Assembly (NCBI GenBank): GCA_003693705.1
Contig: RBZT01000125.1
Coordinates: 310,001-374,000, forward strand
Reading direction: 5' to 3'
DNA from: Polymyxa betae A26-41
Lineage: Eukaryota > Protista > Endomyxa: Phytomyxea
DNA: 64,000 nt
The translations under genes and the position numbers were made by a program. The notes below the pieces were generated by a model. It saw only the letters and a program-made list of their open reading frames with translations, was not told the DNA's origin and searched no databases. Positions 22,618-35,352 of this stretch are shown here, piece by piece (position 1 is the stretch's first letter; each line of letters starts with the position of its first letter).

Positions 22618-25600
22618 ATGATGGAAGCGATCAATGAAGATCTCATTATGGGCCTAACCGAGGCCAGTCAATCGTTCGGATCCCATGCGAAATGGGCTAA
22701 ACGCCTTTTGGAAAGCTACGAAAAGTCTAACTTTTCTTGATATTACGAACGTGCGTTTGATACTTGATCAGATCACCAAAAGAGTTTATGAAATGCTTAT
22801 TGCTCCAGCTGAACCGAATCATTATCATTTTTAAACGCCACGCTCCTGTAGAGCGACTTATCAGATTTATATCTCGTCTGGCCGTTGAGCCTACTCAAGA
22901 TCAGGCTCTGATCGGCCGCATGGCCATGATTTTAATCCAAGGTCTTCTTCGATACCATAATTCTAAGAATAAGGGGGTTCGATTTCGAGTACAAATCGGT
23001 TATATTTTCAAAATTCATTGCAGTGACGAACTTTCCAGGTTTGCCAGATGATAGGAAACATTCTAAACAAAATGAGTGACGACTGTGAACTCCCAGAGTC
23101 GCTGTTCAACAAAATCCAGGAAAAGATGCTGGAACGGATCAAAGATAAAGTAGCCAAAGCAAAACATTATGAAACACCATTGATTAAGGTGTTCAGGTGG
23201 CGATAGTAAGAGCTATGGCGTGCGCTTGTCTCTCTCGCCTTCAAGACCCAACAACACCAGATGATCCTGTTGTTACAGCTCTGCTATTTGCCTTAGATCA
23301 TGACACGAGCAGCGCTGTTCGTAAAGCCGCATTGGTGAACCTTGGCGTTTCGAAAATTACTTTACCCCATATCCTTCTTCGTACGAAGGATGTAGCCGCG
23401 GAAGTTCGTGTTGCGGCTTTCAATGGTGGAATATATTTCTAAGGCTATTTACTGGGTGACTGATATGAATAGTTTGTACGGAAAAGGTCGCCATGAAGGC
23501 GTTTAGCATCTTGCAGCGCAGTATCGTTTTGTACTCGGGTATCATGGATCGCGACGCTTCTGTTAAGAAAGCATGTCATGATACTTTATTACCTGTCTGG
23601 TTGAAGCAGTGCGATGGCAACATTATCAAGTTGTTATCAAGCCTTGATGTTCAGGAGTATGAGAAGGAATGTGAGACGATCACAGCTTTTTGCATTGGAC
23701 CTGACATGCATCCTCCGGTAATACTGATTTCAAACGCATCCTTTAACCGACTAAGTGTTTTCCAGCTTGATATTAACTTTCAGTTTAATACGGAGCAGGA
23801 TATAACAGCTGAAGACGCTTTCTTCTGGAGGATATACTGCGAGACGTTACGAAAGCAAAAACGCTATGACATGATTGAAAACAGTAAATCTCCAATAGGT
23901 GTCGTTTGGGCAAAATTGAACTTGTTGCTGATAGTCTTTCCTGTGGCTGTTGAATTTTCACAAATATTAGCCAATTTCCATGATAATGTTTTTGTTGCTG
24001 CTCAACTGATACGGATTGCTGGAATGTATGGTTCTTCACACGACTGTTAAGTTGCCTTCTAAAGTATCTTCTAGGATTGAATTGGACGAAGTCGGAAGGA
24101 CTGCTCTGACCAACCTGCTTCTTACATGGTTGAAATCTGAACAAACCGACATCTCCCTTGTTAAAATCATCATGAACGCTCTCCATAGAATCATGGTTCG
24201 AAAACAGAATGACACTGAGGGCGAGTCGGAATTCATTACGAACATCTTGTAAATTTCTGTCGATTCGTTAACGAGCTATCACTGTTGACATTGTCTCAGA
24301 CTGATCCTTGCCGATCTTCGAGATCCACTAGAAGACTTATCTCCTGGAGATCATGAGGAGACTGAAGCTGAGATTGTCCGTCTCGAAGATCGTTACGCTG
24401 AGTTGTCTAAAGATTTAGAGACTGCCAAGGAGCAATATGCAGGTGTGTGAACAAACTCACTTTGCTCAGATGAACTCAGCCAAGTGTTATAGCATTAAAG
24501 CGCAAAAAGCGTCATAATGAAGCCGGTGAGAAGAAAAGTCTTATAGCTTTAATCGAAAACGAGATGGATCAAATTGATTCGGAATTGGCTTCGAAAGAAG
24601 CTGTCATTCAAATGAAATGGCTTCGATTAATCACTGTCACATCCGAGATGCTGGATCGTGTCCGTCAAACCCCTTTCTCTTGTCAGACTGTTATGGCATG
24701 CTGTAGGCTCTGCAACTAAGCGTTTCGTTTAGCGCTCCTCGACTTACTGCACAGCACGATCCTTCCAGCCTTGAAGCATCCCTCACCTGCGATTCGGTTA
24801 AGAGCGACAATTCTTTTACTATTTATGGTTGTTCATCTGCTCTGATAGTGAGGAGGCCATTCGATGTCTTTGCTTATTTCTACTTTTGGATCTGGAGACC
24901 TCCCGAAGTGATTCAATGATGTTCGTTCATGCAATCCGGAACGATGAGGTTTCTGTTCAAGTGGCTGCTGTTAAAGCATGCTTTGATGTTCTTCTCGTTC
25001 ACAATCTCTACAACGATTCATCAATGAACGAGTAAGAGTGCCAGCATGGTCTACAACAATGTGCTGAAGTCTCTCTAGAGTCTCCGGATGTCTCCTCGAG
25101 TGTTTGGCATCTGAAGATGCCAAAGTGCGAAGTGCTGCAGGACAAGGTCATCGATACGAAGTTCACGTCCTATCTTTGACCTCCCGTAGGCTTTGCTAAG
25201 TTGTTTGCCAATGGACGAATTGCTGATGAATCTTTACTGGCGAAGCTGATTCTGTATCTGTTTGATCCGTTGGTAAGTTACTTTATCTGTAATCTTGGCA
25301 GCAGAGTTTAGACAACCTGTCTTTCACAGACAGTTGACGATTTCGAGCTTCGCCAAACGCTTTCTGTGTTCTTCCCCATGTTTTGCCAGATGAATGCCTC
25401 GAATCGAAACCTGTTAACAAAGGCCTGGTGTAACGTTATCAGGACATTCTGTAGTGCTCCAAAATCTTCATCGATTCGGAAAATCCCTTCACAACAGGTG
25501 TTGCTTCTTATCCTGAAGCTTCTGATGAAACAGTTGCTGATAATTGAAATTTTTAGATTACTCCGTTTTTGCTTTATTTGGTCAATAATGAGGAGGCTGA

Positions 25601-26845
25601 TTTCTCTCAACTGTTGCTGATCATATTTGCTGAATGGTGTAATACCATCGACGACACTACACTGGATAAATTCTTCTCTCACTCGATATCTGTGATTCCT
25701 TTCCTTGGCCTTCAGCAGGACGATGCTTATGTCCGGTAAATCAGAAAAGGCTTCCAATATTGTTGATTCCTCCTTCAGGTTTTATTATATTTGGCGAAAC
25801 GACTTCAACATGAAGTATTGGATAAAACTGCCCTTCGCAACGTTGCCAATGTCATCTCGGGTGTTCAAGCGACAGGAATCGAACTTCCGTCAGATTTCAG
25901 CGATGACGCTGTTGATGCTGTATTCCAACGGCTTGGAATAACCCGAAAGCACGTAAGGATCCGAATCTGTTTCACAATTGCCCTAATGTCCAAATTCAGA
26001 CAAATCATGAAGGTTCTGAGTCTGAAATTGAAAGTCTTGAGACTGTTACACTGGTCAGTTATTCCTGCATATAGCTGATACTTGCATTTAATATGTTTTG
26101 CAGAGATCTCGAAGGAAAGCAGTTTCAGCGAACATATCAGGTGCATGCAATACTATAGTTGTTATTCTTGTTTTTTAATCCATTGTTCAGATTCTGATCC
26201 CATTGAGCCAGCGTGTTCGCTTGATCAAGAATCTCCTGCTCAGCCAGAAGAGAATGAAAGTCAAACATCGAAAGTTATCGAGGAAACTACTAAATCCCCC
26301 ACTGCAAAAACTGTTTCCAAATTCAAGGTTCTCGCATTTCATATTTCGATATTTAACTGCTTAACAAGGCGTGCCGATTTAGGATGACGACTCTATCATC
26401 TCCAGCCATTCCGGAACCAAGCGTCGTCATCGTTCCCCATCGACTGATACAGCCCGAAGCAATCGGCTACTAGTCGACCAGTCAGCGCGCAAGGATGCAG
26501 ATAAAGAAAACATTGAAAATGAGCCACATCCTCAGAAACCAGTCAAGGCAAATCGTGTTTTAATTTAACAGTAACGGAGACTGATTAATCTGTAGGACGG
26601 GACGCGTTCCCGTGCCGCTAGGAGCTCGAAATCACGAACCCAGCTTCCGAAATCGTCACCAAAGCGCCGTCGAAAGCTCGCTCTTTCGACCGATGATAGC
26701 AGAGATTCGTTTTCGACGGCATCTAAACCCCGCAAACCTAGGACAAGAAATGCATTACGATCGGAATCAACATCATTAAAAAAGATGAGGTGCTGATTGT
26801 TTCATTTGTATCCCCCCGACCCATGATCTTTTCAGTTCCTCATAA
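22618..26845 (+). CDS. NCAPG: condensin I non-SMC subunit G (CAP-G/Ycg1)
   Basis: KNKGVRFRVCQ, LERIKDKVAIVR, LSRLQDP, DTSSAVRKAAL, ILLRTKDVAAEVR, ELDEVGR, GQGFAKL and LRQTLSVFFP. Many short introns and a basic disordered tail. Confidence 0.93.
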
Positions 26846-27074
26846 ACCTAATTTAGATAGGTTTAAAATTCAGATCTAGACCAAGCCATTCTTGGCTATA
26901 CACCTGTAGATCAGACATAAAGAATTGAGTTTGCTTTCATCTTGCATTCAGCAGGTAGTGAAGGCTGTTATGTTATGTGTGCGAGAAAGATTGATTTGTT
27001 TCTCCGTACGGAGTTGACCACGGAGCCTGCTTGATTGCCCAGGACCCGTTTCCCATTGCTTACAATCCACAGCA

Positions 27075-28748
27075 ATGAAGGCCTGCCAAGCGACACCGGC
27101 ATTGAAACCGCCTCCCATAGATCAAGGCGTCCAATCGTCATCTGAGCTCCTTGTTGTTTTTGTTCGAACCGCTCTGGAGAATAAACTCAAGGTCGGACTG
27201 GCCCTCACGACAGGATCTTGCACCAACGTATAATCACAGGGGAATGCTGGGGCATATAACAAGCTTGTGACGTCGATCAACACACAGCTGGAGGGCGACG
27301 CCTATACTCGTTGGTTTTCCGCCCTGTGTCGCTGCGTTTCCGTCATCAGCGCCGAACGAGCCCATCAGCAGCTGTTGCAAGCGATTCTCTCGTTTCACTG
27401 GAATACCACAGACCAAGCTATCGAGGCTTACCGCAGTTTGCTGATCGATCTTGTTTGCAGCTCCGGTCGATTTCTACCGATGTGCTTCACCGGTCTCGTC
27501 CAGCAGCTGCGTCTGCACGTCAATGACGGTCCATTCACGGTCGCGTCGAACGAGCTGGCCGCAAAGATCCATGATAACATTCATCTGGTGCTACAATCGA
27601 TCTTGAAACTGATACCGACAGCATCAACGGCGCTTTTCCCGATTCTTGCCAATTGCTATCCACACATACGATTCGCGCCGTCGCATCACTGTACGTATAC
27701 ACGGAATATGCTTCGTCTGGTTGAGTATGCACCTGGGCTTCGTGACCGTATCATCGAGCTGCTATGCCGTAAACTCGTCTTGCTTGACAACGAACTTACC
27801 GATTCCGATTTTCGCACGAACTCGACCAAGCCGCTTATCAGCATCAACTGTGATGACCTAATTCTTGCTGATACAATCGATATGACATTGGATATTCCAG
27901 AAGTCGATGTCGCTGACGCTGACCGGCCGCCTTATAATACGGACCCATTGTCGCTCCCACACCTAATCGATCAGATCATGGAGATGCTCCTGAACTATTT
28001 CAATTGTTTAAGGGAATCGCCCGATGTATGTCACACCATATTCCTCGCGCTGCTTCGCGTCTTCGAATCGCATATGCTAACGTCCAGCAATTGCCGTCAT
28101 GCACCTTTCCTCCTGTTCTATTTGGCGTCGTTTCAGAACAGTTTCACAGAAATCCTGCTGCGCTACTTGCTGGAGAGAACTTTCGATCAGTTCCAAAGCG
28201 TTCATGTTCGAGTCGCGTGCGCCCGGTACTTGGGCGCCTATCTTACTCGGGCAAACTTCCTCCGTCATGCAACCCGGATGCATTCGTTCGAGTTGCTGCT
28301 AAAGTTCGTTCATGCATATGTGGAGAATTACGAAGAGTCACGTCTAACTGAACAACGATCGGATCTGGAATCTGCGAGCAACGATCGCGATGGCCATGCT
28401 GTGTTCTACGCCGTCGCTGATACTATGTTCCAGCTGTTCTGCTGGTATCAGCACGATTTCCAGGCCCTGATGGAAGAATCCCCAGACCTTGTCGAATTCT
28501 TCCGCTTTACATCGATTGTCGAATCGCCACTAAACCCACTTCGACATTGTCGCGACGATGTCGTTGCCGAATTCGCTACCATCGTCCTGTCTCTGGGGCT
28601 CGGCGATTGCTATCCGGTCATACGCCGCAACACTATGCTAGCCCACAACTCAATCGTTGCGACGTCGTTGCCGTTCGAGCCGATCAGCCTGATAGCTACC
28701 AAGACTTTTTTAACAGATATCTTTAATGAAAGGAGAAGAGAACCCTAG
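27075..28748 (+). CDS. RRN3: RNA polymerase I transcription initiation factor RRN3/TIF-IA
   Basis: HLVLQSILKLIPTA, YPHIR, YTRNMLRLVEYAPGLRDRI, RHAPFLLFY, YLGAYLTRANFL, HAVFYAV, IVESPLNPLRHC and LPFEP. One 5' intron (~27192-27239). Confidence 0.93.
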
Positions 28749-28856
28749 CCCTATATAGACTACAATTGCGCTGTATCTAATATAAGAGAGCCTGTTGGTC
28801 GGCTATCCCCTCTGTGTTTCGTTACCAGCCGACAGTCTAGCTAGGGTTCTCTTATA
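28736..28856. repeat. inverted-repeat/hairpin element overlapping the RRN3 stop codon
   Basis: Perfect 14-bp IR AAGAGAACCCTAGC (28736-28749) / GCTAGGGTTCTCTT (28840-28853). Additional pairs: TATAAGAGA (28781-89) / TCTCTTATA (28848-56) and GTCGGCT (28798-804) / AGCCGAC (28827-33). Confidence 0.8.
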
Positions 28857-28933
28857 ATCACCCCATGACCCCATAGGTTGATCACCTCATTGACTTCGAC
28901 GGCTGCAGACTCGGCTCGGGATGCTGTAAACGA

Positions 28934-29091
28934 AACGGCCCTATCTATTGCTTGGTAGCTTGTGATAGAATGCGCGATTCCGGAACAACAGATCGCCACC
29001 AGCCTAGCTGAACGGCCTTAACTATCGCTTGGTAGCTTGTGAAAGAACTCGCGATTCCGGAGCGACACATCGCCACAAGCCTACCTAGCTG
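28934..29091. repeat. two imperfect tandem copies of a 77-bp unit
   Basis: AACGGCC..CTAT.GCTTGGTAGCTTGTGA.AGAA..CGCGATTCCGGA..AC..ATCGCCAC.AGCCTA at 28934-29010 and 29011-29091. Confidence 0.85.
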
Positions 29092-29269
29092 GTTTCGGCA
29101 TCGTGACCTGCGTCGGATCGCGCAGCGACCCTCTGTACCCAGGGCAAGTTTTGGCCTAGCGCAATAGAGCGGAGTTCCGAAGCAAGACCCTATCGCCCCA
29201 TCTCGCTGCGAGTCGGACTTCACTGACTGGATCGTGTAGTCGTCTCTTTCTCTGTCATCATTCTGTTTT

Positions 29270-30789
29270 ATGGATGACTATAGACACAATGTGCCTGCCA
29301 GCGTTTTGCAGCCGCCGCCTCCGTCCATGCTCGCTTCCAGTCGCTGCCTCAGCCTGAGCGTCTCCATGACGGACACCGAGCCTGATGTGGCGTTGTCGTC
29401 GCAGTCCATGTCGACAACCAGCGCCTCGGGCGAGTCGCGATTCCATGTCAATCTCGCTGGATTCGTCGGTTATGCTAGGCAATTGATGGAGCCAATCAAT
29501 GAGATCTCCTGCGATGGTTTTGATGAGGAACTGGAGGTCCGACTGGCAGAAATTGGCCATGCCGTCTTTGGTGTTAATGCTGCTGCTTTAGGAGCTACAT
29601 AGGAGATGTATGGCCGCAAATCTTAAACAGCACATTTACATGAGGTCTTTAAAGATGACAAAGAAGAACAGATATTCCAATATTCTGCCATGTTAGCGAA
29701 CTGTACTTGGAATTTGGTTATAAAATCTAATCCCTCGTCAGACACTCACACGAGGGTGGTTTTGAGCGAAATCGAAAAAGTCCCTGATTCGGATTACATC
29801 AATGCTAATTACGTCAAGGTTAGATGTGAGATTCTGTTCGACTGAGATTCGTCAATGCTCTGCTACAGGCTCAACTGAATGGCTGCTCGACAACATACAT
29901 CTCGACGCAGGCTCCGATACCGAGTACAGTCCCGGATTTCTGGCGTATGATCTGGGAGCAAAAGTCGTCTATTGTCGTCATGCTGACCCCTTTGCTTGAA
30001 AAGAACATGGTAATGCAGGAGTCACGGGTCCGTATTATCGGAAATTGTGACCTGGGACGTAGGTGAAGTCTGATATCTACTGGCCTAAAAAGCTCGGTAA
30101 ACTAAAACAATTCGATAACGGCATTGAAATATGCCTGAAAAGCGAAGGGCGAACGCCTGATGTCGTCACGAGGGTATTCATGATTCGGTCTGCAGAGGTA
30201 CTGGAGCTCGGCAATTTTTGTGTCCGTTCTCGGAAATTCAATCTGATTATAGAGCCCTAATGACGTCAGAACAGTAACCCATATACATGTCGGTTAATGC
30301 CAATTATCCTGTGGATTATCGGTTTTCCTGACGGTGTTTATCAGTATCTGGGCTGGCCTGATCACAGTGTCCCGATTTCGTTCGAATCGTACTTCTCTGT
30401 ATTTAGCCTGTACAGATCATTAAGGGAAAAATCGACCGGTCCAGTTGTTGTTCATTGCAGGTAATGATATCAAGAATGCGTTATCAGCCAATTGTTTACC
30501 ATTTTCGTAGTGCCGGCATTGGACGTACTGGGACTTTTATCGGTTGCGACATGGCGCTTGACGCTTTCTTCTACATTCTAAAGCACGGTCAGCCAACCGA
30601 TACGATATGTCTATTAGATATAGTGTATAATATGAGAACACAACGGCCTGGGATGGTTCAAACGAAGGTTCGTTTTAACCAAGTGTTTGTCTTCACCCTC
30701 CTGATAACTGTTAACAGGCACAATACCAGTTCATGTATGAATTTCTCGGATTTTGTCTTGAGCGTCGACACTTTAATCTACATATATAA
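29270..30789 (+). CDS. classical (pTyr-specific) protein tyrosine phosphatase
   Basis: After splicing: [51 protein letters not shown] and [12 protein letters not shown]. Confidence 0.95.
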
Positions 30790-30823
30790 TCGTTAAAATG
30801 ATTCCAATAATCTAATATATTCT

Positions 30824-32051
30824 CTATCCGGATCTTATTATTGGCGTATCATTCAGTTCCAATTCTTTCTCTATGTTATTTTGAATCTTGCTCATATGTT
30901 CATCGAAGTTGTTTTGTCCGACAACGACCCCGATTTGAATTGATGCATGAGCAAACGCATTCCGGTTGCCTGTAATTCGTGCTACATGCCGAGCTTGATT
31001 ATATAATATTTGGGCTTGAGCCAAATCTGAACTCATCAATGCTATATCAGCCAGATGTGAATATGCGATTCCTGTCGCCACCGTATTATGACTATCACTG
31101 GATAGCTCCAGAAATCGTTCCATACAAGCTTTCGCTGTATACAGATCGCCACTAGACCCTCCTATAACACCAAACTCATTCAGTTACCGAAATTGGAGTT
31201 GACCGTGATGCCTAACCTGTGATTCCAAGGTTATTGATGGCGATGGCTTGCGAGGTTTGCGACTCCATTTTGATGGCATACCTGAGAGCGTGTTGATGAT
31301 GTTTCATAGCTGTGGATATTTGCCCCAATGCAGCATATACACATCCCAGATTGGTATGTGCCACGAATTTTCCAGCCAGATCAGCACACTCGGCATGCAT
31401 ATGATGGTAATGCAGGGCCGTTTGCAGATCGCCTTCCTTCTGGTAGATACTCCCGATGCTGTTGCAAGCCAGCGCTTTCGATATATCGTTGCCTTTCTCG
31501 CTGCTGATCTCCAGATGTCGTTTATACGCAGCTAGGGCAGACGTCACGTCATGTCCAGCTTCGTATAGCAACCCAACATTGTATTGAGCGCCAGCTTCAG
31601 CTTGATCACGACCAGCTCGACGACAAACCCTAGCCCGGGTCTGGAAATCAACCAGTCGTTTCGGGTTATGTTTATCCTGTTCTGTGATTGTCTCCATGGT
31701 AGGCGGTGGATCCACACGAACAGGCTCAGGTGCTGGCCCGATGATCTTTTCAGGTTCCCACTGTTCCCAGGGTTTCCCGGAGGGTTTTACCGCTGTTCTT
31801 CTTTGTGGTGAGACAGATCGCGATAGGGGAACACGCTCGGGTGATTCGCAAGCGAGTCGAGCTGGGCGGTGCTGCGAACGATGCCGATTAGTGTGGTCGA
31901 GGATCGAACGGAACGTCGGCGACGCATCGAAAACGTTGAAACTGGCAGATTGGATCGCGGCCGTCTTTGTAGGGCTTCTTTTAACGTCAGATTTGTTCAA
32001 GGAATCGATTGGCGGTAGATTGAGATGCCGTTTGTAAGCAGGAACTGACAT
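30824..32051 (-). CDS. tetratricopeptide-repeat protein (TTC28/TTC29-like repeats)
   Basis: Disordered N-terminus followed by repeats AQYNVGLLY, ACNSIGSIY, AHTNLGCVY, AINNLG and AYSHLADI. Confidence 0.8.
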
Positions 32052-32404
32052 CTCATAGGTGGTCGTACACGGCCAGTCGCGAGAGCAGGCAGAGTGCAAT
32101 CAAGCAATATCTGTTCGCGTGTCTGCTTTTGTTGATGTTGGTTTGGAGATATTCATGCCTTTGTTCGGATCTAAGTACGATCGTGAACTTCGACATCATT
32201 GCTGAGGCAAGCGAACAGGATGGCCCATGAACAGACCAATGAACTGTCATCGAGCGCACCCATGCCGAGCAACTGCACTCTAACTTTCGCTACATCATCT
32301 CTGCATCGGTCATATTCCGAACTGAATCGGCGAGACAAGTCTTATGGGCTGCCTTAAGCCGATATCGGACAATTGGGAGGTCCTGTACGTTACAGTCTGT
32401 GTTG

Positions 32405-33049
32405 ATGATGGCGGACCCCAACCCCAACCCCAACCCCATCAGTATCAAATCTATGTCTGACAAGCTCGACTGTCGTATCGACTATCTATCGCTGATCCAT
32501 GCTGTGTTCGTGATTGTTGCCGGCTCCCTGATTATCGCCATCGATGTTGTCAAGGCAGGATCGCCATCGATATGGTTTCGTTCTGGCGCCACTACCGCCC
32601 TAGAAACGATTTTGTTTGCGATATCAACATTGTATTATATCATCGATTTTTTTCGATTGATGAAGCCGTCAAGAACACTGATGAAAAATGGACTATGTTT
32701 TCATCACATGCTGTGTGTCGCCGGGATACTGCCTGCAGCAATATTTGGCAAAGACGGTCACATATTACTAATAGGGATGATGATTGGGGAGGTTTCCAAT
32801 CCACCAAGGCTTCTAGCATTGAAATATGAATTCTGCAGAAAGATTAACCTGATCGCATTTGTTGCTTGCCGGATCGCTTGTGCTGTTTTTCTAGACTCAG
32901 CGTACCCATTTATTCAGTTGCTAACGACAAAAATTTCAGCGATCTCTTTGCTGATATTGTCAGTAGCAGCAATCTTTTACAGCATGCATATACAGCCAAC
33001 TGTAATCGTTGGACGAAGACAACGTATTGACTCTAATACAGAATTATAG
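32405..33049 (+). CDS. TLC (TRAM/LAG1/CLN8) domain membrane protein
   Basis: Multi-TM protein with YYIIDF, FHHMLC, GEVSNP and AFVACRI. An N-terminal PNPNPNP is encoded by (AACCCC)n. Intronless. Confidence 0.8.
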   Translation: MMADPNPNPNPISIKSMSDKLDCRIDYLSLIHAVFVIVAGSLIIAIDVVKAGSPSIWFRSGATTALETILFAISTLYYIIDFFRLMKPSRTLMKNGLCFHHMLCVAGILPAAIFGKDGHILLIGMMIGEVSNPPRLLALKYEFCRKINLIAFVACRIACAVFLDSAYPFIQLLTTKISAISLLILSVAAIFYSMHIQPTVIVGRRQRIDSNTEL

Positions 33050-33061
33050 CATAGAATAGAT

Positions 33062-33494
33062 TTATGCAAGGGGGTCAGATTTTCCTTTTACGAGTAAATC
33101 TTTGGCTTCGTTAATCTTCTGGGCGAGATATGGCGATCCGCCCATATCTGGGTGGTTAAGCTTAATCAAAATGCGATATCTTTCTATGAGTTTGGCGCGA
33201 TCTGCCGACGCCCTAATCCCAAGAACTCTTGCAGCTTCTCTCTTATTCATCTATGCAATGAATTAGCAGCGACGATTATATGGAAACAAACTAATCACCT
33301 GGGCTTCGAATCCCCCTTCATAGAATCCTGGTCCTAAAAGTGTACCACCTCGTTTCTTTAACCAGTCCTTGTAAGCCTGGCGAGCCAATTTGCCTCCAAC
33401 TAGTGCTCCGGCGACACCGATGCCAGCAACCAATGGCCAAACCTTTAGCACATTCAGATACTAATATAATCAGGCATCGAATCTGGCTAACCAT
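33062..33494 (-). CDS. PAM18: mitochondrial import motor J-protein PAM18/TIM14 (DNAJC19-like)
   Basis: FYEGGFEAQ|[11 protein letters not shown]...[23 protein letters not shown]. An intron follows the ATG directly (ATG|GTTAG). Confidence 0.95.
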
Positions 33495-33639
33495 TCTGGG
33501 GAGCTCCTGTGCAAATACCAAGTTTTCTGATTAGACAAGCGCACAATTTTAACCCGAGTTTCTGTTATTTTCAATTTTCATGACGCTGGCAATGTTGCGC
33601 AGGGAATCAATAAATTTCAGATCTTTATTCCTCCAAGTC

Positions 33640-34590
33640 AGCAGCACAATTCCAACAACATCCAGTTTCTTTCAACATCTTCCCGCCCATCAAAAGGTCC
33701 TCACAAATTCCAAATAAACTGTCCGATATTATTGCCTGTTTGAGAAACTCAATGAGAACGCAACTGACCTTAGAATCGCTGCAAACTCATCAAAAGCGTC
33801 TTGGAATTTCCTATCGCCTTCTTCAGGTTTTTTCTGTCAAAAGATATTCAAAGAAAGGACGTAACCAACAACTCCTATATTTACTGTGAGAGAAGCTACT
33901 TGCGCTTTCAATTCATCGCGAATTCGAGTGAGCTCAACCAACTGACCTGCGAAGGACTTTAGTTAGTTGGGAGTTGTGACGATCCCAAAAAAAAAAATAC
34001 TTTCGCAAGTAGACCGACCCTTCAAGTTATCATCAGGCAATTCTTCTCGTTCTGGATAGATCGCTTTCGTCTTACTTTCAAATTCTGCAAGCTGATTTGA
34101 TAGCTCGTCCCTTTGCGCGAACAGTCACATCTTTTGAAATTGATGGATGCAACTTTACCGTTTCTGATTATATTTATCAACAAGGTTCTGCCAAATGGCC
34201 TCACTGTGACCTAATTTATCATTGGCAATCATCAAAGCTTGCTGACATTCTAAGATTCTCATGTATTCCGCCTCTTTTCGCTCCTGAGTGGTCTTGTATT
34301 CAGCAGATAACCCGTCCATAGAATGTTGAATCGATTTGGACGCTTGGGAAGCTGTATATCTGTCAAAGAGAAAAATTCAACGCAGCAAATTATACAACCC
34401 TCTGCGATCGCCTCTTTGGTTTTATCAAGGATGCCTTGCATATGAGCGATTCGGTATTGCATCTTGCAGTGCTCCTTCTGCAATTCGGCCATGTTACCGA
34501 ACATCTCATCGATAGCAGAGTCCATGTCGCTAAAGGACTTGTCGATCTTTTGCAGACACAGCTAATAAGACGAATGATAATGGACATCAT
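33640..34590 (-). CDS. hypothetical multi-exon coiled-coil protein
   Basis: Heptad-rich exons (AIDEMFGNMAELQKEHCKMQYRIAHMQGIL; LVELTRIRDELKAQVASL) separated by short introns. Both ends are approximate. Confidence 0.5.
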
Positions 34591-34734
34591 CTCATTGCAC
34601 TATTGGGATGTAACGATACTACAGTCACTGTCCCAATACTCACCAGCCCATATGGGATCATGGGGTATATTTCATCCCAAGCTATAGTACGCGAGAAGGC
34701 ACAATAATACAGAGTGTCGTGTTTATCGATGAGC

Positions 34735-35352
34735 TTATAGTTCGGATTTGGATCGGACGACTTCGAGCAGCTCGATGACGAAATATAAATCTTTGTTTGG
34801 TGGAATGACGCCGCCTAGTTATCAGCATCAAGGTTATATAGATAGAAAGCAAGGCTGAACCTGCTCCAGCTTTGCCATAGGCAAGTTTAGCAGGAATGTG
34901 AACCTCCCATTTTTGACCGCAAGACATTTTTTGCAAGACCTGTTGCCATCCCTTGATAACACCTAATACGAACATTATGAAAGAATCAGGAAAAGATAGT
35001 CATACGTACGACCCAGACCGAATGATAATGGAGATCGGCCATACGAAGAATCGAACTGTTTTTCCTTCCCATTGTCGTTAAAATACCCTCGGTAGTGACA
35101 CTTGACAGTATCTGTGATTTTTGGAGGCTTTTCTGATTCTTTCGATTTGAAAGTTGGGCGCAGATCATGGTAGTAGATGGTGCAGTCATCCTCCTGAATG
35201 TAGATCGCCTTCACACGAGGGTCCTTGTCATCGAACTCAATCCCGAATGGGTTTTCTTCTGGCACGGGATCGGGATGCTTCGCAGGTTCCATCCAGGCCG
35301 ATACAATAGCGACCATAACAGCCGCCACGATGCATACTTGGACTAACTTCAT
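34735..35352 (-). CDS. secretory-pathway FKBP-type peptidyl-prolyl isomerase
   Basis: Signal peptide MKLVQVCIVAAVMVAIVSA, then VKCHYRG, FDSSYGR, VIKGW, KWEVHIPAKLAYG and IPPNKDLYFVIELL. The spliced C-terminus ends KSEL* (KDEL-like). Confidence 0.92.

Noticed and set aside
28934-29091. 77-bp repeat as a tRNA pair or CRISPR array
   Set aside because: The TGGTAG and CGATTCC words are too close together for a cloverleaf and no acceptor stem is seen. There are only two adjacent copies, no spacers and no cas genes.
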